From Chrysomallon squamiferum (Eukaryota; Animalia; Mollusca): DNA of 64,000 bases. Under the pieces are notes generated by a model. That model saw only the letters and a list, made by a program, of their open reading frames with translations, was not told the origin of the DNA and searched no databases. Both the position numbers and the translations under genes were made by a program. Below are positions 55,829 through 64,000 of the stretch, in pieces; the stretch's first letter is position 1, and each line of letters begins with the position of its first letter. The stretch is from contig CM022666.1 of assembly GCA_012295275.1 (NCBI GenBank), positions 8,246,001 through 8,310,000 of the forward strand, given 5' to 3'.

Positions 55829-58800
55829 AATAAATAAGTAAAAAAGAAAAATGTTGTGCAACTAAAACGCTCATAGGACAGAAAACAGAATTATCGGTAA
55901 CTGGTCTGATTGTTAATATCTGAAATATACGTCACTGGTTACTGTTAATAGTCAATTCTACCAATAAATATAATAACAAGTTCGCAGTAGAATCTGTTCA
56001 AAATATAATAAAGAAAAGTGATGAATTCATAAATGTCCTAAGAAAAATAAAGTAAAGTTGCTAGTAATGAAATAAAATTTAAAACAGAATAGAATTTGTT
56101 GAAACTATAACAAAGACAAGTTATAAATACACAAATGTTTTAAGACAAATAAAACAAAGTTATTCCTCATATTTATGAAACAAACAAACAAAAAAGTATA
56201 AATAAAAAAAATATAATAAAATAAAATAAAATAAATAATAATTGCAACAATGACAACAAAATACAACAACAGAAATAACCACAGTTAAAAACGATAATAA
56301 TATTAATAACAGCAGTATTTAATATTAACAACAGCAGCAACAACAGTAGTAATAGTGTTAGCGGTGGTAGTAGTAGAGGTGGTGGTGATAGTAGTAGTAG
56401 TAGCAGCAGCAGCAACAGTAGTAAAAGTATTATGGAGAAAATGAAAACAGTTTACAGATTTGGAAAATGAGGGCAATAGATAGTTGTTGACATGCAAGCA
56501 GTAGATGTTTTCGTCTTTGATAATTTTCTCATCATAACTTTTGTTCACTGGTTTTTCGAATTCTTAATTGATATATTTTAAAATATAAATATTAATACAA
56601 GTATTTCTACGAATTTCTCGACATGTCTTTTGGTCTTCAAGCAAAAGCAATGATCAGAAATAAGATTTAAGATTTATAGTGGAGAAATGAAATCATTAAA
56701 ACTAGATATCCCAATATTTGTCCAAGTGTATTTTTATTTTTTGTTTTTTTTTAGTATTCCCCATTTCGCTAGTTGTGCCAAACCCATACTGATTAAGCAA
56801 CGAAAACATGTTGAACTTATGGAGAAAAAAAACAAGACATAACTTTTACACATCTCATCCGTATGTTAATGATCTATTAAAAAACAAGACGCCTACCCTT
56901 CATGTTAAACATAAATTTTAGTTCAGTATAACAATGTCATGTAGCTTGGCTAATTGTAAACGATTTAAAGAAATAAAAAAAATGCAGTTCACACAATAAC
57001 ATTTTTTTATTCGTCAAAAACACTTCATTAAACAGTTTTGAAAAAAGTTTATTAACAGCAGTTTCACTGGAGATCTTCGGAGATTTGGGTCTCGTCATCA
57101 AAGAGGTCGGCGAGATAAAAAGATTAGAAACCTCCGGTTTAGAATTATAAAAAGTTCAGAAACCTCCGGTTTAGAATTATAAAAAGTTTAGAAACCTCCT
57201 GTTTAGAATTATAAAAAGTTGAGAAACCTCTGTATAGAATTAAAAAAAAGGTTTAGAAACCTCTGTATAGAATTTATAAAAAGTTTAGAAACCTCCGGTT
57301 TAGAATTATAAAAAGTTTAGAAACCTCTGTATAGAATTTAAAAAAAGTTTAGAAACCTCTGTAAAGAATTTATAAAACGTTTAGAAACCTCTGTATAGAA
57401 TTATAAAAAGTTTAGAAATCTCCGGTTTAGAATTATCAAAAGTTTAGAAACCTCCAGTTTAGAATTATAAAAAGTTTAGAAACATCCGGTTTAGAATTAT
57501 AAAAAGTTTAGAAACCTCTGTATAGAATTTTAAAAAAGTTTAGAAACCTCCGGTTTAGAATTATAAAAAGTTCAGAAACCTCCGGTTTAGAATTATAAAA
57601 AGTTTAGAAACCTCCTGTTTAGAATTATAAAAAGTTGAGAAACCTCTGTATAGAATTAAAAAAAAGGTTTAGAAACCTCTGTATAGAATTTATAAAAAGT
57701 TTAGAAACCTCCGGTTTAGAATTATAAAAAGTTTAGAAACCTCTGTATAGAATTTAAAAAAAGTTTAGAAACCTCTGTAAAGAATTTATAAAACGTTTAG
57801 AAACCTCTGTATAGAATTATAAAAAGTTTAGAAATCTCCGGTTTAGAATTATCAAAAGTTTAGAAACCTCCAGTTTAGAATTATAAAAAGTTTAGAAACA
57901 TCCGGTTTAGAATTATAAAAAGTTTAGAAACCTCTGTATAGAATTTTAAAAAAGTTTAGAAACCTCCGGTTTAGAATTATAAAAAGTTTAGAAACCTCTG
58001 TATAGAATTATACAAAGTTTAGAAACCTCCGGTTTAGAATTATAAAAAGTTTAGAAACCTCTGGTTTAGAACTATACAAAGTTCAGAATTATAAAAAGTT
58101 AAGAAACCTCTGGTTTAGAATTATAAAAACAAGAATTTTAATGAGTAAGTCAGTTATCGGAATAGACGATTAAAGCTATAAAACTTAACTGTGTTAATCA
58201 GTCTGAGGTTTTTGAAAGATTACAGCGTACGCGACATTCTCGGTTTTTACACCTTGCATATAGAAGATGAATAGAATTGACCAACAGAGAAGCATTTATA
58301 CAGATTTTCAGTATTTTTTAAAATATAAATATTATGTATATTCCAGTTAATTCTTAGACAAGATAGGTTACTGTTTTTGTTGTTGTTCCCAATTATACAT
58401 TCTGTCCAATGAAAAGATTACGTGTTTGGTCAAAACTGCTGCCACATAGGACTTAATATGACGTCATCTAATCAAAATTAAATTAACATAAATTATGCAA
58501 GCTTCGTTAATCAAAGACGCGGTCGAGTGATGGACACGTCGTCATGGTGGACACCAGTGACGTAGATGGTGTCATCATAGAGGTCATCACCAACAGCCCA
58601 AACAATGTCATTCACCGCCGTTTTAGAATATTTTGTCAGAATCTTTTGCGAACACACTGACAGAGAGAGAGACAGACAAACAAACACACACAGTTTTATA
58701 AATTATAATATTTATTATTATCATTATCACCACAACCTATATCGTCATCATCGTTATTATTGTTATTATTATTATTATTATTATTATAATCATCATCACC

Positions 58801-58906
58801 ACCAACTATATCATCGTCATCATTATCATCATCATTATTATTAAACTACTACTACTACTGCTGCTACTACTACTACTAGTACTACTACTACTACTACTAC
58901 TACTAC

Positions 58907-58970
<64 letters not shown>

Positions 58971-59797
58971 AAGAAGAAGAAAATAAATACTAACAAAAAC
59001 AATTACTTATTAGTATTACTAATACTGCTATCACCTCCACTAGTACTGTTACTACTTCTTCTACCATTAATATTATTATTAGTGGCAGTAGTGGCAGTAG
59101 TAGTAGTAGTAATAAAGCAATTTATTTTCCATATTATTATAAAATTAACAAAGCAAACAAAACAAACAACAACAACAACAACAAAAAACGAAATTCTTGG
59201 GACAACAGTTCTACAAAATGAATGCATTTTAATTCACATACAATTGTTTCTTAATAATACAATTAAATTTAGTCGTTACTTATCTCCACTCATTACCGGA
59301 CTAATTTTAAAATTTGATTTTAGTTTTCCCTAAGCCTCACATTAGCAGCTGTCGTCAGCAGTTTCCAATATGGCGCCACAGTCGAGTTTTGTCGCCATGC
59401 CAACCAGAGCTTAGTCGACGTATTCCGGAATATGCCGATGATAAATCCGGAGCAGAGACTTCCGTCGCGTCACAGAGAACTTCCCAGCGGAGTGTGTCCG
59501 CATCCGCCGTCCGAAACGTCGTCGTCTGGCGAGCTGTTTGTGAACGAAAATTCTCTGTGTTCCTGGAACTACACGCTCAGCCAGGATCCAAACCGGTATC
59601 CGCACGACATTTTACAGGCACAGTGTGCGTGCAGTACGTGCATCAACGGCATCTACCGATGCTTGCCGATCATACACGAACTACCTGTGATTCGCCAAGT
59701 ATGCCGGGATGGAACGTTCGCCTACTACTGGGACATGGAGCCTGTTTCGGTCGGCTGTGCATGCTCCCATGCCAAGACAAGATTTTACAGACGTTGA
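55048..59797 (+). CDS. IL17: Interleukin-17 family cytokine, 160 aa
   Basis: Exon 55048-55056 (atg aac gtg|gtaagt) joins tttag|59324-59797. This gives signal peptide MNVFSLSLTLAAVVSS and an IL-17 cystine knot (SLCSWNY...DPNRYPHDILQAQCAC...C.PI...PV.R...EPVSVGCAC). The first exon is less certain than the second. Confidence 0.92.
57124..58130. repeat. ~31-bp minisatellite in the IL-17 intron (tttagaaacctccggtttagaattataaaaag)
   Basis: Tandem units with a ~416-bp higher-order duplication (57126 vs 57542). Confidence 0.95.
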
Positions 59798-59909
59798 TGA
59801 TCTCTGGAATAAATACTGGACCGAAATTTCCTCCTGAAAATAAATAAATAAAAGATATATATTCTTTATTTTGTTAATGAATATTTTCTTTGCATGTCTT
59901 CTGTTCTTT

Positions 59910-59951
<42 letters not shown>

Positions 59952-60129
59952 TTGTTATAATTTTACATAGAGGTATGAATCCAGCAAAAAATTTAGTTTT
60001 AAAAGTAGTTTTTTTGGAATAAAAGTAATGTAAATTATATCGCGATTGTTTACTTTGAAATAAAGGAAATAAATAACATTAAAATATACATAATAATATA
60101 TATGCCATTTTAGTACATAAATTATTTAT

Positions 60130-60240
<111 letters not shown>

Positions 60241-61561
60241 TAATAAAATAATAATTCTAACAGCAAAAACTAATAACAACAATAGTAGTAGTAACAAAAC
60301 TACTAATGGTAAGGATGATGATACTACTTCAGCTAAAGGCAGTACTCTAGTAGTAGAAGAAGTATATTAATATAATATTAATTATGATGATGATGCTGAC
60401 GACAACGACAAAAACAACCACGACAAAAACAACCACAACAACAACAACAAAAGAATAATAATAATAACAATAAGAACCCAAAGAAAATAATACGACGACA
60501 CTGACAACTACAACAGTGATAAGATTAATGATGATGATGATGATGATGATGATTTATAGTAATAATAGTAGCAATAGTAGCAGCAGCAATTAATATTAAT
60601 AATTATGATATATTAATAATAACATAATAATAATAACAACAACAAACGATTATAACTGTAGTAGTAGTAGTAGAAGTAGTAATAAGAAGAAGTAGAAGTA
60701 GACAATAACAGTAGTAGTGGTAGTCTTCATCGTCATTGTCAAAGTAGTAATTCTAGTAGTAGTAGTAGCAGTAACAACAACAACAACAACGATAATAATA
60801 ATAACAACAACTACTACTACTACAACAACAGCAACAACAACAATAATAATTATCATCGTCCAGAGACGGAATTAACTGCGTCCGTAATTAACGCCACGGA
60901 TTTAAATAAACAAACAAACAAACAAACAAACAAACAAACAAACAAACAAATAAATAAAAATAATTTTAATGAATTATTTATGTGTATTACTGTTCTTTTA
61001 CCCTTGTGTTAAGTCATTCTATTTTTGTACAACCTTTGCCTAGGTAGCATGAAACCACCCTTTAACGTCTTATTGCGTACCAGCTGACAAAGAACTGTTT
61101 TGTATGTAATATCCAGTTTATTCAGATATCAAATATCAGGTATGTCGAGTAGTTGTAATGGCTACATATCAAATTCAGTCTGTTAAATATGACATAAGCA
61201 GTATATCTAAATAACAGACGCGATGAAATGGATTTCTATTTATCTTTATTTTTGTCTTTTTGTCTCTCTGTTTTGTTTTCTGTGTAATGCATCCAGAACG
61301 TGAAATTATATTAATATCCTTGTCGCTGTCGTTGTTCATATATATATGTAGTTTCTTATGGAATAAAACATTGATCTATTGGAATAAATAAATAAATAAG
61401 TAAGTTATGAATGTATTCATCTTTGTTCATTTAAAAAAATAAACTATCTCGACTGAACAGTTTATCACAGTTGAAGGGACATAACTCGTGAAATCATGTT
61501 TCTAAATTAATAGATACTGTTTATGTATGTATATTAGAATGTATGTATTCGTCAGTGTGTG

Positions 61562-61602
<41 letters not shown>

Positions 61603-62769
61603 CTGTGTCTGTGTACATATATGTGTGTGTGTGTGTTTGTGTGTTTGTGTTTTCATTCGTCATTAATGTAAGCATCCATTCTTTGAGAAGCCAGTCCTAG
61701 CGGTAAAACGGGTCTGAGGGCGGAGATATTTATGGATGACTTGTCTCTAAAAGGTTTAGTCACATGATATCTAAGCCTAAGGTAGAAGATCATTAGGCTG
61801 CTGGCGGGACTGGCGTTTTGCTTTACGGTCCGATTTGAGGATAGCTTTCGTAATCTCTAAAAAGGTACGTGTTTTATTTTTAATTTCTTGTAAACAAAAA
61901 CAAATTTTAAAAAACAAAAATATTTCAGGCATCGATTATTGTATGAAAACGATCGATTAGGTAAATATATTTGAATTTTGCGTTAGAGTTAATTATACTC
62001 TTTGTCAGATTTTCGTCGGCTATTCTAACAAAGACTTCACACTGTTGTTAGTTGCGGTAGTTGCATTTGTCAATAATATTGTAGAAGAAACAGTTGTTGT
62101 TGTACCAGCAGTTCTGGGGATTATGCAAATGAGATAGTCATGGTAACGAGAAAGATACTTGTAATCACAAAGAATTGCACACATTGTAAATTCGAATATA
62201 CAAAAACTAATTAGACACGTAGAAGTAGTAGTAGTAGTGGTAGTAGTAGCAGTAGTAGCAGTAGTACTAGTGGTAGTAGTAATAGTAGAAGTAGTAGTAT
62301 GTATATTAGTGGAATTGTTGTAACAGTGTGGTTACCATAGTAGAAAAGTGATTTTTAATAAAAAAAGTTCACTGAAGAGACGATCAATCATCAATTAACC
62401 AGGAATAAAAAATCTGACATTTTTGTTTTAATCGTTCACGGATGACTAGAAAAATTTCTTTCTTCCTCCTAAACTTTAATCACAATTGTTATCTATGTGT
62501 ACTTCAAGACAAAATATTTTGCTTGTTTTTCCTTTTGTTCATTATGCACGACATGACTAACATTACTAAGTAAAATAAAACGTAAAGTTTGTTAAATTAT
62601 TCGGCATATTAGTTTGACATTAAAGAGCATTTCAAGTTATGAAGTTTATAATTGATTTTTGAGTATATTCAAAACTGTTAGATAATCTGAAAAACTTTCT
62701 TTCATTTAATACTGCTACCTTTGTGATAGCATTTAACAATTAATAATGGTTATGTAACATGTGTGGTTG

Positions 62770-62806
<37 letters not shown>

Positions 62807-62900
62807 ATGTGTGTGTGCCTCGAAATAACCAACGACACTGGTAGTAAATTATAAGAGGAACATTTCAAATTCAGATAAAGAAAAAAAAAAAAAAAAATAC

Positions 62901-62933
<33 letters not shown>

Positions 62934-63487
62934 AAATAAATAAATAAAACGAAAAACAAAACAAAACGAAAAAACAACAAGAAAACATAGTAATAAAAAT
63001 GAAATAAATAATACCTGTCGTAATTAAAGGAAATTTAAAAATGGAGTTCCCGGACGGGTGTATGGTGTCACTTCTGTGTTATTTTTCCTTTGAATTGTGA
63101 AACTTATTCAATTTAAAGTCTGAGTCATGGTTTATTCCAAGAAATTCACAAACTGAAACTTCCTAGTAGTTCACAACTACCAAACACAGATAATAATACA
63201 GCAGGTAATATTTATTTAATCTCTGTTTATTTATTATTTTATTTGTAGTATATTTAGTTATGTATTCATTCATTTTGTTTAATATTTCATTATTCAACTT
63301 GTTTAAGATCTGTGAAGCGAGCTTTGTTTACTTTCCGTGTCTGTTTTTCTACAGTTCAGTATAGTTTAGCATTTGAAAGGTTGCTTTCCACTCATGTTCA
63401 TTATCACTATTTTTATTTTTTTACTTTTTGACAATGGAAACTAAAATTTCGGTGATTATTTATTTTGTCGTTTCTTCTTCTTCATCT

Positions 63488-63522
<35 letters not shown>

Positions 63523-64000
63523 TTCTTCTTATTATTATTATTATTTTAATTATTATTTATTTATTTGTTGAAACTCGCAAGTAGTTCACGATTGAATGAA
63601 ACAAATTATTTTTATTTATTTACTTATTTGATATTTATTTATTTATTTATTCATTCATTTTGTTTATAATTTCATTATTCAACTTGTTTAGAATCTATGA
63701 TGCGAGCTTTAAAAATTGTCTACTTAAATTCATTTGTATAAGTGAAGTGAGCTTTTGATTTTGTCTACTTAAACCATTAGTTTATATCATTCCTTTATTA
63801 GCAAATTAATCTTTTAAAACTTTAAAAACGAAACTGGAAATGTTCTTTAGTAGAAAAATGAAAGTAAATAATTAGTACATATATAAATAAAACAAAAATA
63901 AATAAATAAATCTAATAATAATAATTACAATAATAAATCAAAATTATTTAAATAAAAGATAATTTCTGTGTGTGTTTATGTAGGTGCGAGTGTGCGAGCG

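Noticed and set aside
63040-63210. Possible promoter and first exon of a further gene (NF-kB-like ggagttccc, donor cag|gtaat at ~63205)
   Set aside because: Only short motifs are present, with no coding exon inside the window to support a gene.

Overview
AT-rich, intron- and microsatellite-dense animal DNA. The gene content and repeat style suggest a lophotrochozoan such as a mollusc, but this is inference. Four protein-coding genes can be rebuilt exon by exon. FBXO45 (+, 3 exons) is followed by an uncharacterised protein with vault-like repeats, an SPFH-like domain and a coiled coil (-, 11 clear exons plus one apparently damaged exon). That gene sits head-to-head with MIPEP (+, 19 exons), and an IL-17 family cytokine (+, 2 exons) lies near the end. 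The window also has two degenerate tRNA-Ala(AGC) copies, a Tigger/pogo-type deletion derivative, a decayed Tc1/mariner and several minisatellites. The main unexplained feature fills the first 20 kb: three tandem copies of a 4-8 kb non-coding module. Copies 2 and 3 start with promoter-like CRE and YY1 motifs. Each copy has a conserved GT-AG intron and a 37-40 bp repeat array that keeps TGCATG (Rbfox motif) and TGTTTG even though the units differ between copies. A 14-17 bp inverted repeat brackets the array. After it come a 116-bp block identical in all three copies, an A-rich array carrying TGTAAATA (Pumilio element) and AATAAA, and a twin-hairpin terminal block. The best hypothesis is a multicopy repeat-rich scaffold/sponge lncRNA; a non-autonomous transposon is the alternative. 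Nearly all other ORFs in the ORF track are low-complexity artefacts.
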